Sequence record: MZ892903.1
DNA: 64,000 nt
Source: Escherichia phage ELT1
Direction: 5' to 3' (one strand)
The notes beneath the pieces are model-generated. The model saw only the letters and a program-made list of their open reading frames with translations, had not been told where the DNA came from and made no database searches. The first letter of the stretch is position 1; each line of letters starts with the position of its first letter. A program made the translations under genes and the position numbers. Of the stretch, positions 37,900 through 48,659 are shown in pieces.

Positions 37900-38463
37900 T
37901 TACCATTCCAATGCTAGTTTTTTGAGTTGTTTCTGTTCTTTTACGTTCTTAGTCACTTCTTTCAAAAAATCATCCGTGACTAAACCTTTTAGTTCTTTTA
38001 ATACTAAAGGAAGTTTTCCATTTTTAGTAAGAATTGATTTATAGTTAATTGCATCATTTGTATTAACTTGATACCGTTTAGCAAGTAACTTAATAATCAA
38101 TACTTCGGTGGAATCTTCAACCAGTTTTGCCCATTTACCATATCTTTTACCACGAGGAACTGCAGCCATCAGATAATTAAAATGAGCTTCATCACTTAAT
38201 CCAGAACCGATTAAATTCATAGCATATACAGCTGGCATGCACTCTGGAAATTGTGATAATGCATTCTCAACCATGTATTTTGAATAATCTTTTTGAGCAA
38301 TAGAGCATTTAGTTTTATTATTAATAGCTCCAATTATTTCAAAAAATTCATTTTCAGCTTTTTCTTTAAAAGAATCAGCAGCGGATTGGACAGCTGTCCA
38401 ATCTTTTGAATACCAAGCAACTTGATGCTCGTTTAATTGAATATCATCTTCAAATAAGCTCAT
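37900..38463 (-). CDS. 62: clamp loader small subunit, 187 aa
   Basis: ORF trimmed to [18 protein letters not shown]...; matches recalled T4 gp62. Confidence 0.9.
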   Translation of the reverse strand: MSLFEDDIQLNEHQVAWYSKDWTAVQSAADSFKEKAENEFFEIIGAINNKTKCSIAQKDYSKYMVENALSQFPECMPAVYAMNLIGSGLSDEAHFNYLMAAVPRGKRYGKWAKLVEDSTEVLIIKLLAKRYQVNTNDAINYKSILTKNGKLPLVLKELKGLVTDDFLKEVTKNVKEQKQLKKLALEW

Positions 38464-38464
38464 A

Positions 38465-39424
38465 TCACTTCCACTGCATTTCACATGCTAACTGAATGAA
38501 AAGATATGCTAAATGTAATTCAGTATTAGCCGCAATTCCATGATACTGGTTATTTTCACCAACAATTTCATACATACGAATAATACTTTGCGGAGTTACG
38601 CGTGTATAGATTTCTTCGGCAAGTTTACCTACGAACCACGAATAATCAGCTGCATATTTTGGTGCTAAAGCTCTGAGCTGTTTAACATCTTTATTTTTGA
38701 GAGACTCAAGAACATCATCAATAGCACCACGATCGTTAGTAACCAGTGATAAAATACCAGCATCCAAAACACCTTTAGATGAATAACTATCGAGCTCGCC
38801 AATAGTTTTACGAAAATCAGGAAAATTCTTTTTAACCAAAGCTGCTACAACTTTCATATCAGCTATAGCAATTCCTTCACGCTTGCAGATTTCAGTCAAT
38901 CGACGAATCATCTGCTTCATCATTTCAATTTTATCTTCATCGGTCGGTTGACCGAATGTAATAACTCGGCAGCGTGACTGAAGTGGTTTAATAATACCAT
39001 CAATATTGTTAGCAGTAATAATAATACTACAGTTTGAACTATAAGCTTCCATAAAGGAACGAAGATGTCGCTGAGACTCTGCTAACCCTGAACGGTCAAA
39101 TTCATCAATAACGATTACTTTTTGACGACCATCAAATGAAGCTGCACTAGCAAAATTGGTCAAAGGACCGCGAACGAAATCAATTTTACAATCTGACCCA
39201 TTCACAAACATCATATCAGCATTTACATCATGACACAATGCTTTTGCTACAGTTGTTTTACCTGTTCCTGGAGAAGGAGAATGAAGAATAATATGTGGAA
39301 TCTTACCTTTACTTGTAATAGATTTAAAGGTTTCTTTATCAAAGGCGGGAAGAATACATTCATCGATAGTAGATGGACGATATTTCTGTTCAAGAATGTG
39401 TTCTTTTTCATTTACTGTAATCAT
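38465..39424 (-). CDS. 44: clamp loader ATPase subunit (AAA+), 319 aa
   Basis: ORF trimmed to [11 protein letters not shown]...; Walker A GTGKTT; matches recalled T4 gp44. Confidence 0.95.
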   Translation of the reverse strand: MITVNEKEHILEQKYRPSTIDECILPAFDKETFKSITSKGKIPHIILHSPSPGTGKTTVAKALCHDVNADMMFVNGSDCKIDFVRGPLTNFASAASFDGRQKVIVIDEFDRSGLAESQRHLRSFMEAYSSNCSIIITANNIDGIIKPLQSRCRVITFGQPTDEDKIEMMKQMIRRLTEICKREGIAIADMKVVAALVKKNFPDFRKTIGELDSYSSKGVLDAGILSLVTNDRGAIDDVLESLKNKDVKQLRALAPKYAADYSWFVGKLAEEIYTRVTPQSIIRMYEIVGENNQYHGIAANTELHLAYLFIQLACEMQWK

Positions 39425-39455
39425 AATTTCCTCATTCAAGTTTTAGTGTAAATTA

Positions 39456-39475
39456 TAAAGGGCCGAAGCCCTTTA
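39456..39475 (-). terminator. terminator-like hairpin 3' of gene 45
   Basis: AAAGGGCCGAAGCCCTTT. Confidence 0.5.
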
Positions 39476-40162
39476 TTAAAAATCGTGGGTAGAATCAGCT
39501 TCAAGAGCTACTACATAATTCGCATGTTCACCTTCAAATTTAGCAGCACCTTGTTTACCTTTTGCCCAGAGCAGAAGTTTATAATTTCCTGGTTGCATTT
39601 TCATATTTGCCATATTGATAATGAAATTAAATGTATTTTCACCATCATAATCACCAAGAGTCAAAGAATATTTAACACGAGTCAAAGCAGAATCTTCTAC
39701 TTTATTAAAACCGTTAATTACGATTTTACCTTCTTTTACCGTGATAGCAATTGTATCAATCTGCAGACCACGAGATACACGCAACAGTTGTTGAAGGTCT
39801 TCAGCTTTAATTTCAGTAACAACAGATGCTACCGGGAATGGAATTGGTTTATTAGGAGCAACTACTGTACTCGGATCGGCTGCTGGCCAAAAAATTGTTG
39901 AACGAGCATCAGCAATTTTAATATTTCCATCTTCTGACTGGGAAATTTCTGCATCATCATTAACTAGAGACAGAATACCGAGAAAACCGTTCAAATCGTA
40001 AATTGCTACATCAAAATCAATAACGTCAGAAATATTTGCTTCCGCATAAGTTGTACCATTAACTGCGCGAGTCATAATAAATTGACCGGATTTAAGCATA
40101 ATACCGGAGTTAATAGTAGCGAAATTTTTCAAAATATTCAGTGTATCTTTAGACAGTTTCAT
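39476..40162 (-). CDS. 45: sliding clamp, 228 aa
   Basis: matches recalled T4 gp45. Confidence 0.95.
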   Translation of the reverse strand: MKLSKDTLNILKNFATINSGIMLKSGQFIMTRAVNGTTYAEANISDVIDFDVAIYDLNGFLGILSLVNDDAEISQSEDGNIKIADARSTIFWPAADPSTVVAPNKPIPFPVASVVTEIKAEDLQQLLRVSRGLQIDTIAITVKEGKIVINGFNKVEDSALTRVKYSLTLGDYDGENTFNFIINMANMKMQPGNYKLLLWAKGKQGAAKFEGEHANYVVALEADSTHDF

Positions 40163-40217
40163 GTAATTTCCTTCAATTCAAATGAGATTTAATTTTATAA
40201 CTAATTTAATAAAGCAA

Positions 40218-40607
40218 TTAACGATTAAAATCAGCCGCAATTGTTTCGGCAACAATTTGAGCAGCAACAATTAGACGTTCATCTGCATTACCGCAATAAT
40301 CATCTTCAAGGCGTTCACCACATGAAGTCATAATAAATTTAGCACCGGCGTTTAGGGATTCTGTAGTATGTTTGCGCATTAGTTCAATCCATTTATTACT
40401 TACTTCACGATCGATAGCTTCATAATACGCATGACGAGCAGGTGCAGATTTAATTTTATTCTGAATAACTTCCATTGCGTTATCAGAAAGAGACAAAACC
40501 CATGCTCGACGAATTTTATTTTGGTTTTGTGGATTTGATTCAGAACGCACGTGTTTTGGCTGAATATCTTTTGCATCAACAGTATAATTCACAGTAATTT
40601 TAGTCAT
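40218..40607 (-). CDS. rpbA: RpbA-like RNA polymerase-binding protein, 129 aa
   Basis: length and position between 45 and 46. Confidence 0.6.
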   Translation of the reverse strand: MTKITVNYTVDAKDIQPKHVRSESNPQNQNKIRRAWVLSLSDNAMEVIQNKIKSAPARHAYYEAIDREVSNKWIELMRKHTTESLNAGAKFIMTSCGERLEDDYCGNADERLIVAAQIVAETIAADFNR

Positions 40608-40616
40608 AATACACCT

Positions 40617-40805
40617 TTAGTCATAATAATCAGTAACAGTCCAAGCTTCATTTCTATTGGACATTATTTTTGTATATTCTGATTTAAATGCATTCCTAAG
40701 CATAGATTCAGTAACTATATGCTCTTCATTAGAAAAATTATTTCTCAGAATATATCGTTTTATTTCAGGAATAGTTAATAGATGCTGTCCAGTTGAATAT
40801 TCCAT
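40617..40805 (-). CDS. hypothetical protein, 62 aa
   Basis: ORF track. Confidence 0.45.
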   Translation of the reverse strand: MEYSTGQHLLTIPEIKRYILRNNFSNEEHIVTESMLRNAFKSEYTKIMSNRNEAWTVTDYYD

Positions 40806-40860
40806 GTTTTTCCTCCATAGAGATTATACTCTAATAAATTAAAGCATAATCTCTTATAAA

Positions 40861-42543
40861 TTAAACCATTACAGTAAATCGACCGACTTTCTTCATTTGA
40901 AGATGCTGACCATATTCTTGTGGGTCATGGTCTTTATGCGAAATTATAAAAACATTAGTGTTTTTCATTGAATTTATAATATTAGCTACACCTTTAATAC
41001 CTTCGGCATCAAATGACCCATCAAACACTTCATCAAGAATTAATGTACTAATACTAACACCAGATACGATAGAAGCAATATCACGCCAAGTAAATAAAAG
41101 AGCAATATCAATTCTTGCCTTTTCACCTTCACTAAATGAAGCATAACTAAAATCTTCACGACCACGGGATTTAATTGTCTCATTAAATTCTTCATCTAAT
41201 GTAAACACATAATCCGCTTCCATTATTTTAAGATAATGGTTAATCTGCTTATTAAATAATGGAATGTACTTTTTAATAATAGCACCTTTAATACCAGAAT
41301 CTTTGAGCATATCAGTCAAAATTCCTCGGTGGTATTTTTCCATTACTAAATTAGTTTTTGTCTTAACAATTTTATCAAGTTCTTCTTGAAGCAGTGCTAT
41401 TTCATCAGCATGGTCAATAAACTCAGAAGATGCTTTTTCTATAGCCGCTTTAACCTTTTTAGCTTTATCTACTGCTGCGATCAGAGATTGCTTTTTATTG
41501 CGAATATCATTTGCCAACGACTGTTGGGTTTTAATATTATCTCGGTATTCATCAACAAGAACTTTTAAATTATCACGATGTGTTGAAAGCTGTTCAAACG
41601 AATGCGTACATTCAGAAACTTTATCTTTAATTTTAGAAACAACTTTATCACCGGAACTTAATTGTGACAAACAGGTTGGACATAATCCACCTTCGTGATA
41701 CATATTAATGACTTTATTATACGAGTCAATTTTTGATTTAATTAAAACTGCTTCTTGACCGATTTTATTAAATGCATCAGTCGGGTCTTCATCTAAAACA
41801 ATATTAACTAATCTTTCGTTAGCTTCTTCTATTTCCGATTTTAGCGTTCTAGCTTCTTTTGCCAAATCATCATACATATTTTGAAGACGAGTAAGATTGT
41901 CACCAGACAATTTTTTCTGGCGTTCAACATTATCGTTATATATTTTAATTTGTTGGATAATACTATCTTTTTTAACATCAAGCACTTGGTTTTGTGAGTT
42001 TAATTCACGTATTAGTGCTTTATTAAGCTTATCCATTTCAGCTAATGTTCCTACCTCAAGCAGGTCTTCCACAAGCTTTCTTCGCGCAGGGGTCGACAAA
42101 CCCATGAAAGGGGTATACCCTGCTGTACCAAGGACAACAATCTGCTTGAAACTGACATATGACATTCCGATAAGCTGTTCAAATTCTGCTTGGAAATCTT
42201 TACTGCTGGCAGATTCATTAAGACGTGTACCGTTAACGGTGATTTCAAAAACGTTCGGTTTTTGTCCTCTTTTGATATAGTACTTTTTCTCATCATATTC
42301 CATCCACAGTTCAACTAAAAGTTCTTTCTTATTTGTGCTGTTTATTAATTGACCTTTCTTTACATCGCGAAATGGCTTGCCAAAAAGCCCAAATGTGATG
42401 GCTTCTAACATAGTAGACTTACCACCGCCATTTCGTCCAGTAATAAGAGTTTTTTGAACCTTATCTAATTGAATGTCAACTCCATTTTGACCAACTGACA
42501 TTATATTTTTATATTTTACTCTATTAAGTTTAAAATTCTTCAC
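40861..42543 (-). CDS. 46: recombination nuclease subunit (Rad50/SbcC-like), 560 aa
   Basis: Walker A GRNGGGKST, coiled-coil middle; matches recalled T4 gp46. Confidence 0.95.
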   Translation of the reverse strand: MKNFKLNRVKYKNIMSVGQNGVDIQLDKVQKTLITGRNGGGKSTMLEAITFGLFGKPFRDVKKGQLINSTNKKELLVELWMEYDEKKYYIKRGQKPNVFEITVNGTRLNESASSKDFQAEFEQLIGMSYVSFKQIVVLGTAGYTPFMGLSTPARRKLVEDLLEVGTLAEMDKLNKALIRELNSQNQVLDVKKDSIIQQIKIYNDNVERQKKLSGDNLTRLQNMYDDLAKEARTLKSEIEEANERLVNIVLDEDPTDAFNKIGQEAVLIKSKIDSYNKVINMYHEGGLCPTCLSQLSSGDKVVSKIKDKVSECTHSFEQLSTHRDNLKVLVDEYRDNIKTQQSLANDIRNKKQSLIAAVDKAKKVKAAIEKASSEFIDHADEIALLQEELDKIVKTKTNLVMEKYHRGILTDMLKDSGIKGAIIKKYIPLFNKQINHYLKIMEADYVFTLDEEFNETIKSRGREDFSYASFSEGEKARIDIALLFTWRDIASIVSGVSISTLILDEVFDGSFDAEGIKGVANIINSMKNTNVFIISHKDHDPQEYGQHLQMKKVGRFTVMV

Positions 42544-42803
42544 AAAAGATTCCTTTTAATGTATCTTTTAGACCATTCTATCATATCATCATAATCTAAA
42601 AAGTATTCATCAAATTCAGCCATGCAAACAACACCTTGTGCTGTTTTTGATGTAATATAAATTATTCCAACATATCTAGAATCTTCTTCGATATAATCAA
42701 TATTTGCTATGAATTCATCATTAATGTCAAATGTCGAAAACTTCACAGTATGCATCCTTAATACAAGATACAGCCATATCTTGTAATGATTTAGGTGTGT
42801 CAT
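42540..42803 (-). CDS. hypothetical protein, 87 aa
   Basis: ORF track; begins inside another frame of the upstream region. Confidence 0.45.
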   Translation of the reverse strand: MTHLNHYKIWLYLVLRMHTVKFSTFDINDEFIANIDYIEEDSRYVGIIYITSKTAQGVVCMAEFDEYFLDYDDMIEWSKRYIKRNLL

Positions 42804-42989
42804 TATCTAAAATGTTGAAGTTAAAAGATACAGCCCAGTCAGTGCAGACTGTGACCTTTTTAATACAATTATCTTCAACCTCTAGTGGTTCAAACCAGTA
42901 TTCAATAATTTCTTTATGCCCATATCATCTTTTACTTCACATTCAAAATGCTGACTCATCATAACATTTTTAAATTCATCAAAAGTCAT
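42721..42989 (-). pseudogene. small gene between 47 and 46 read in successive frames (apparent frameshifts)
   Basis: ATG 42987-42989 gives 35 aa MTFDEFKNVMMSQHFECEVKDDMG...; -1 frame continues HKEIIEYWFEPLEVEDNCIKK...AYCEVFDI with no start; GACATTTGACATT direct repeat at the next frame change. Confidence 0.3.
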
Positions 42990-44005
42990 TGTGTTGCCTC
43001 TACATATAGCTGGTTTGCATATTGAATAAGTGCTTCACGGTCAGAATCAGTGATGTCTGGAATTGCATTAATGTATTCTTCCATCAACGTCTGAAGAGAT
43101 TGAACTTCAACTTCTTCACTGTCATCTGACTCGACAGAGTTATCAATCTTTGACACAACTCGTAATGAATGCACAACTTTTTCTAGTTCAGATTCGAACT
43201 TCGTCAGATTTTTGTCTACTTCAGTTACTATAACACGTACTGATAGATTTGTAAAATCTTTATAGTCAATTTTTCCTTTAAATGGATAATGAATTCTACG
43301 ATGCCAAGTAGTATTGTTTGGAATAAATTCCATTCGTTCTGTTTCTGTATCAAACATCCAGAACCCACGAGGGTCATTCTCGTCACCTGCAGTTAGTGTC
43401 CATGGTGTCCCAATATATCTGACGTTAGCAGCCTCAGAGATAGTATGGAAGTGACCAGACCACACTTCTTTATAAGTCTTAAGGAAATCAGGTTCAAGAC
43501 CGTGAGATTTCATTCCTTTATAAAAATAAAATCCATTCAGTTCCCAGTGACCAACACAAAAAGAAGCAGATGAAGTTTTGATGTGCTCAAGAATTTCACC
43601 AGTATTTTCTTCGCACATCCAAGGAATTAAATCAATCAAACATCCGTCAAAATCTACTGTAGTAGGCTTATCATATACTTTAACATTAGGATATTTAGCC
43701 AAAAGCTCAGTAGAGGCATTTGGAGTTAAAGTATTTTTAAAGTGCATATCATGGTTTCCTACAACAGTATGTAGGGTAATACCAGCATCATCAAGCATTT
43801 GAACTATTTCACGAGCGAACTCCATAGTTTTATGCGTGATTGCTTTTCGCACATCAAAAATATCGCCATATTGAATCCAGGTAGTAATTCCATTTTTCTT
43901 AGAATATTCTATTGCTTGTTTAATTCCATCCAACTGAATGGATTGAACCCACTCATCATCGGCTTTAACGCCTAAATGCCAATCACCTAAATTTAAAATT
44001 TTCAT
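42986..44005 (-). CDS. 47: recombination nuclease subunit (Mre11/SbcD-like), 339 aa
   Basis: phosphoesterase motifs GDWHLG and GNHD; matches recalled T4 gp47. Confidence 0.95.
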   Translation of the reverse strand: MKILNLGDWHLGVKADDEWVQSIQLDGIKQAIEYSKKNGITTWIQYGDIFDVRKAITHKTMEFAREIVQMLDDAGITLHTVVGNHDMHFKNTLTPNASTELLAKYPNVKVYDKPTTVDFDGCLIDLIPWMCEENTGEILEHIKTSSASFCVGHWELNGFYFYKGMKSHGLEPDFLKTYKEVWSGHFHTISEAANVRYIGTPWTLTAGDENDPRGFWMFDTETERMEFIPNNTTWHRRIHYPFKGKIDYKDFTNLSVRVIVTEVDKNLTKFESELEKVVHSLRVVSKIDNSVESDDSEEVEVQSLQTLMEEYINAIPDITDSDREALIQYANQLYVEATQ

Positions 44006-44142
44006 ATATCAAGAACCGTCATTGAAATGCAAAATAAAATTATTGAAATAAACCCATCTGGTGTGCTAAAGAATCCAATCCAACACGCTCTAGTGAAAAG
44101 ATAAAACGCGAGAAAAAGTATCACATATCCAAGAAATATCAT
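44002..44142 (-). CDS. small hydrophobic protein, 46 aa
   Basis: own translation MIFLGYVILFLAFYLFTRACWIGFF...; stop overlaps gene 47 ATG. Confidence 0.35.
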   Translation of the reverse strand: MIFLGYVILFLAFYLFTRACWIGFFSTPDGFISIILFCISMTVLDI

Positions 44143-44164
44143 TATATCAAACTCCGCATAAAGC

Positions 44165-44185
44165 TAAAGGGCCGAAGCCCTTTAT
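44165..44185 (-). terminator. terminator-like hairpin 3' of a-gt
   Basis: AAAGGGCCGAAGCCCTTTATTTT. Confidence 0.5.
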
Positions 44186-45384
44186 TTTGTAATAATGTCA
44201 AACTGTTCTTTAAAGCAGAAGCTTGAATCTTGATGCTGATACAAAAATTCATAAGCTTTTTCACGTTCGCGGTCATAAAGAGTTCGGTCAGATGACAGTT
44301 CTTTAATACGTTCAAATGTTGATTCCATGTCATTTTCATCAAACCAAATGATACCGCTATCATGCGAGGTCAAAGGAGTATTATCAACACGGAATTTTAA
44401 ATTATCACCCGTTGATTTCCAAAATACCGGAATTGTACCGCAAGCACCTAATTCAAGATGAGTATATTCGAGTGAGCGTTGTAAGTATTTCTGGTTAAGT
44501 TTACTCAACTGATATCCAAAGCCAGATTTACTCATTCGTTCAAGCATTTCACTATTAATATAACAATCTAGGATTTGTGCCGGTTGATTCGGCGTGAGAT
44601 TCATTTTATCAATCTCACGATTACCATAATATTCATACGGAATACCTTTTTCCTTAATTGCAATAAAAGCAGGGGAACGTTCAAGACCTTCCATTACAGT
44701 GGATTTACCAGCAGGTTTTAAGAATTTTTCGTGAAAATCAAACATCTGATAAAAACCTTTCCATGTAGTCGTACGACCAATCCAACGGTTGATGTTCATG
44801 TTAATTTCAGAAACATCTTTCCAATAAGTTGACCGAACCTTCGCAATATCCATAGGAGGCTGAAAATTATATACTGTTGGTGCTTCTTCAATATCATCAA
44901 ACAGAGAAACAGTTTCTGGATACCATTCTTTCATCAGAACTTTATTAAAATCACCATTATCAGAATGGCTAAAAATAACATCAGCTCGACGAACAGTTTC
45001 TTCTAATCCCAAATTTCGACGCAAAGAAAGCACAGAATGATCATGCTGATAAACTACAACACGAATAGAAGGTTTAATATTATCTAAAAGTTTTTTATAG
45101 TTATTAATCGTAGCTTCTTGAACGGAAGTAGCAGGAACAGAATTAATAATTAGAATATCACAATCATTTACCAGCTTAAGTGCTTTATCGTATTCTTTAG
45201 CTAAAATAACTGGAATTGAAAATGATTTGTGGTCATGAGAACTTGTACGAGTAAATGATTTATCTTTAGCATAAACCAAAGTTACTTCATGACCATTTTT
45301 AATAAACCAATCACGCTGCTCAAGAGAAAATTTAGTTACACCGCAACCTTCAAGGCCCCGAGCCAGAAAAATGCATACTTTCAT
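44182..45384 (-). CDS. a-gt: DNA alpha-glucosyltransferase, 400 aa
   Basis: matches recalled T4 alpha-glucosyltransferase in sequence and length. Confidence 0.9.
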   Translation of the reverse strand: MKVCIFLARGLEGCGVTKFSLEQRDWFIKNGHEVTLVYAKDKSFTRTSSHDHKSFSIPVILAKEYDKALKLVNDCDILIINSVPATSVQEATINNYKKLLDNIKPSIRVVVYQHDHSVLSLRRNLGLEETVRRADVIFSHSDNGDFNKVLMKEWYPETVSLFDDIEEAPTVYNFQPPMDIAKVRSTYWKDVSEINMNINRWIGRTTTWKGFYQMFDFHEKFLKPAGKSTVMEGLERSPAFIAIKEKGIPYEYYGNREIDKMNLTPNQPAQILDCYINSEMLERMSKSGFGYQLSKLNQKYLQRSLEYTHLELGACGTIPVFWKSTGDNLKFRVDNTPLTSHDSGIIWFDENDMESTFERIKELSSDRTLYDREREKAYEFLYQHQDSSFCFKEQFDIITK

Positions 45385-45434
45385 TTAATATCCTCTTTGT
45401 TTTGGTTTATTTTATCAAAAAAATTATAAAGCAA

Positions 45435-45455
45435 TATAGGAGCCGAAGCTCCTAT
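45435..45455 (-). terminator. terminator-like hairpin
   Basis: ATAGGAGC-CGAA-GCTCCTAT. Confidence 0.45.
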
Positions 45456-45628
45456 CCGCATAATACGCCATACAAAGGCTCGTTAGAGCTTCTAAATTTT
45501 TATGCGCTTATATGTTATAGTTCCTTCTGCTTTAGCTTTATCGTAAGACTCTTTAAAGCGTCTCATCATTTCTACTTTAGAGGAACGAATTTTATTATAA
45601 TCTATTTCAGAAGTCTGGTGTTCATCTT

Positions 45629-45835
45629 TCATAACTGCCACCATTTTTTGACTTGATAAGAATCAACCCACACTTTCATATTAGGGTCTGCTCTTACAAT
45701 AGGAGGATTAACTTCTTTAATTGAACTATCATGGTATTCTTTTTCAGAAATTTTCACGCAAAGATGACCGTTCAAAGATTCAGTAAATCCTGCATTAATT
45801 TTAAGACGCTTGAATTTTACGTGTGTAAGCATCAA
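45629..45835 (-). CDS. hypothetical protein, 68 aa
   Basis: ORF track. Confidence 0.4.
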   Translation of the reverse strand: MMLTHVKFKRLKINAGFTESLNGHLCVKISEKEYHDSSIKEVNPPIVRADPNMKVWVDSYQVKKWWQL

Positions 45836-46118
45836 TCATATCCTCAATCTGCGATCTAGTAGTCTTCCAAAGAATACTGATGAGTTCATCGTTATATGGC
45901 TGTTTTAGAATATCCCGACTTTTCTTGATAGCATATTCGTATTGAGCAAAATTATTATTTTCAGCTGCGATCTGAGCGTGCTTATAAAGACGATTCAGTT
46001 CGCGTTTGTTTTTAGACAATAACTTATTTGCTTTTCTTTCTGCTTCAAGACGGTTCTTTTCTTCAATAGAAGAAATAAGCTTTTCCACTTCATCATTAAT
46101 TTCGGGTTTATCAGTCAT
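45801..46118 (-). CDS. hypothetical protein, 105 aa
   Basis: ORF track. Confidence 0.45.
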   Translation of the reverse strand: MTDKPEINDEVEKLISSIEEKNRLEAERKANKLLSKNKRELNRLYKHAQIAAENNNFAQYEYAIKKSRDILKQPYNDELISILWKTTRSQIEDMIDAYTRKIQAS

Positions 46119-46119
46119 A

Positions 46120-46338
46120 TTATTTCTCTAATATAAAATAAAAATCATCATCTGTTAAATGATACCGATAGTTTAATTCTACACCATTAGATTTAAAAGC
46201 GGTATCATACGGATTTTCTGGATCAATATCAATGTCAAGAGCTAAAACTTCCCTGAGATACATTTTAAGTAAATAGGGAATAGCTTCAACTTCAGGTATT
46301 TCTTCCAAGAATCCGGAGAGGTTAATCGTTAGCCTCAT
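46120..46338 (-). CDS. hypothetical protein, 72 aa
   Basis: ORF track. Confidence 0.45.
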
Positions 46339-46879
46339 ATAAAAAATCCAAACTAGGAGAATCGTCTACAACACTTTTCTTTTCAGCCCCCGGTGTTCTA
46401 TAGGTTGATTCTTCGTAATGCGTCATTTTATCATAGATGTCTTGAATAAAAGTTTCATCTACTAACGCAACCATATCGTCGTCACGGCTGTCATAGACAT
46501 TGTGAACGAAGTAACTATATTTCTTTGCAACTTCCTTACGTTCTTTTTTAATACGTTGGACGAATGCATTAAAACAAGCTTGAGTTATATATGCATGTGG
46601 GTTTTTATATTTCGTTTCATCAAAATTATGAAGCCCCTTAATAGAAGCTTCTATACCATCTGCAATCATTTCTTGTTTCCAGGATTGGGTGTATCCTGAA
46701 AAGTTGAAACGTTTAGATAAGCCTTCTGCAATAAGCATAATGGCTAATCCGATAGTATCATTCTGACGAACTACTTTATTTGGGTCTTTATTATTTGCTA
46801 ATTCTGTTTTCCAATCAATAATAGCTTGTAAAAGCTCTTTATTGTTTACGTAATTATATTTAGGCTTAGTTTCTGACAT
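46322..46879 (-). CDS. 55: late-transcription sigma factor, 185 aa
   Basis: ORF trimmed to [23 protein letters not shown]...; matches recalled T4 gp55. Confidence 0.9.
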
Positions 46880-46957
46880 TTTCACCTCTTAGCTCAATTC
46901 ATAGATCTATTATATCATAATATTTGAAGATCTATCTTAAAGCATAGAGGATATCAG

Positions 46958-47227
46958 TTATCTAAGTAAGCAGTATGCTTGGAACACTTTTTCCATCATC
47001 TTTTTAAATTCATGAATATCTATATAATGACTAGTTAGATCAGCATGATATAAAAAGTCTAAAAACTTTTCATGTGTACTAACATATTCACTTCCATTTA
47101 ATTCAGAAACATGGCTTTCCCAATATCCAACACCAGTCTTATTTGGGAAAAATGAAATTTTCATGTATTGGTCAACATAGAAAATGCCATAATTTTCAAT
47201 AGTAATAGAAATATTAATAAATTTCAT
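46958..47227 (-). CDS. hypothetical protein, 89 aa
   Basis: ORF track. Confidence 0.45.
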   Translation of the reverse strand: MKFINISITIENYGIFYVDQYMKISFFPNKTGVGYWESHVSELNGSEYVSTHEKFLDFLYHADLTSHYIDIHEFKKMMEKVFQAYCLLR

Positions 47228-47439
47228 ACATTCATCAACTTAGCCGCTTCGAGAGCTGCATCTAGTGAATCAAATTGGTCAACATATTCAATCAATTCGC
47301 CGTAATTGGCATATAACCACCATTGGCTAAATTCATACTCAAGGATGAATCCATTTCCTTCAATTTGAGTTAAACCATTGCCGTTTGTATTTACTTCATA
47401 TCCGGCAAGACGCAAATCGTTAATAAGAGCTTCGTTCAT
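47224..47439 (-). CDS. hypothetical protein, 71 aa
   Basis: ORF track. Confidence 0.45.
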   Translation of the reverse strand: MNEALINDLRLAGYEVNTNGNGLTQIEGNGFILEYEFSQWWLYANYGELIEYVDQFDSLDAALEAAKLMNV

Positions 47440-47441
47440 AA

Positions 47442-47768
47442 TTATACCTTAGTAATTTTCAGGTCTGCAAATTTTTTCTTGCGTTGATTTTTCATACGAC
47501 GAATAGTTTTATCAGAAATTTCATGCTTTTGATAAGCTTTAGATTCTACACCAAAAGCTTTAACATCAAATTCTGACAAGATATATTGAACCAACAATTC
47601 ACGGACAGTATTGCGTCCAATCTTCTGATCATTCTGTTTCATCGTCTGATGAAGCTCTTTTTCCCATTTATCCAAAATTTGAGGAGTTACAATATCGCCT
47701 TTTTCTAGCAAAGAAACTACTTTATCATATGCGTAAGAATTAATGGCGTTTTTAATTTGAATAGTCAT
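47442..47768 (-). CDS. hypothetical protein, 108 aa
   Basis: ORF track. Confidence 0.45.
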   Translation of the reverse strand: MTIQIKNAINSYAYDKVVSLLEKGDIVTPQILDKWEKELHQTMKQNDQKIGRNTVRELLVQYILSEFDVKAFGVESKAYQKHEISDKTIRRMKNQRKKKFADLKITKV

Positions 47769-47804
47769 ACATTATCCTCAATTACATTAAAATTTTATTA
47801 TCCA

Positions 47805-47822
47805 AAAAGGGCCGAAGCCCTT
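47805..47822 (-). terminator. terminator-like hairpin
   Basis: AAAGGGCCGAAGCCCTT. Confidence 0.45.
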
Positions 47823-48021
47823 AGCTAAACTTTTTGGCACCCTTCCAGCCTTCGTACATCATTGCGACTGACAATGACAAAGCTCCTTCACATGCTGCAT
47901 ACTTATTATTCCAGAACCAATTTAGAAAAACTTCATCCTCAATACCATTGTGTTTCATGTTCTGGAAAAATTTGGCGCGTTCTTCAGCAATTCGCTGCGA
48001 TAATTTAGATTCAGGATTCAT
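47821..48021 (-). CDS. hypothetical protein, 66 aa
   Basis: ORF track. Confidence 0.4.
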   Translation of the reverse strand: MNPESKLSQRIAEERAKFFQNMKHNGIEDEVFLNWFWNNKYAACEGALSLSVAMMYEGWKGAKKFS

Positions 48022-48237
48022 TTAAATTTCCCAATTACCATTTTCATCAATAAATTTAATCCAGTCATTGACTGACCACTTAGTTGTATCGCCTTTTGGA
48101 GTAACATTTAAAGTGTATAACCCTTGCTTAAAAAGCATTCGTTTGATATTCATATTTTCCTCAGCTATAACGATAACACTCGTTTGATTTACGTTTAGCA
48201 ACTCGTTGAGAAGTATTATAATCAAAATCGTCATCAA
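48022..48237 (-). CDS. hypothetical protein (71-aa ORF; true start may be an internal Met)
   Basis: ORF track; overlaps the next ORF unless started at MNIKRMLF... Confidence 0.35.
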   Translation of the reverse strand: MMTILIIILLNELLNVNQTSVIVIAEENMNIKRMLFKQGLYTLNVTPKGDTTKWSVNDWIKFIDENGNWEI

Positions 48238-48454
48238 TGTAAACTGATTTTTTCAACTTTCTTACTTCACTGCGCAATTGACGATTTAACTCATCTTTAA
48301 CTTCTGAATCAATGCCTTTCATTCTACGCCATTTATCTGAGCGAAAAATGTTTTCAACCATATCTTTATGACTTACCCCATCAGGAGCTTTACGCTTTCC
48401 GAAATAGTCATAATCACGCACTTTTAAGTCTTTACGACGATACGTTTTACCCAT
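48161..48454 (-). CDS. hypothetical basic protein, ~97 aa
   Basis: ORF 48161-48499 trimmed to MGKTYRRKDLKVRDYDYFGKRK... Confidence 0.4.
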   Translation of the reverse strand: MGKTYRRKDLKVRDYDYFGKRKAPDGVSHKDMVENIFRSDKWRRMKGIDSEVKDELNRQLRSEVRKLKKSVYIDDDFDYNTSQRVAKRKSNECYRYS

Positions 48455-48629
48455 AGAGTTTAATTTCCTTAGCAACTGAACTAAATACAGCACGGTCACA
48501 AATCATGTGTTTATGTAACTTAAGTATAAGATAATAAACATCATAACCATTTACGTAAGTAACGCGAACAGCATTACCATTAATAAGATAATACTGTCCC
48601 TTTTTAATTTCTTTATCAATCATAACCAT
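48447..48629 (-). CDS. hypothetical protein, 60 aa
   Basis: ORF track. Confidence 0.4.
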   Translation of the reverse strand: MVMIDKEIKKGQYYLINGNAVRVTYVNGYDVYYLILKLHKHMICDRAVFSSVAKEIKLYG

Positions 48630-48659
48630 ATCAATTCCTCAAAGGCAATTCATGTGTTA

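Noticed and set aside
44142-44363. 73-aa minus-strand ORF
   Set aside because: Overlaps the 3' end of a-gt in another frame; the 46-aa ORF 44002-44142 with proper gene-47 coupling explains the region better.
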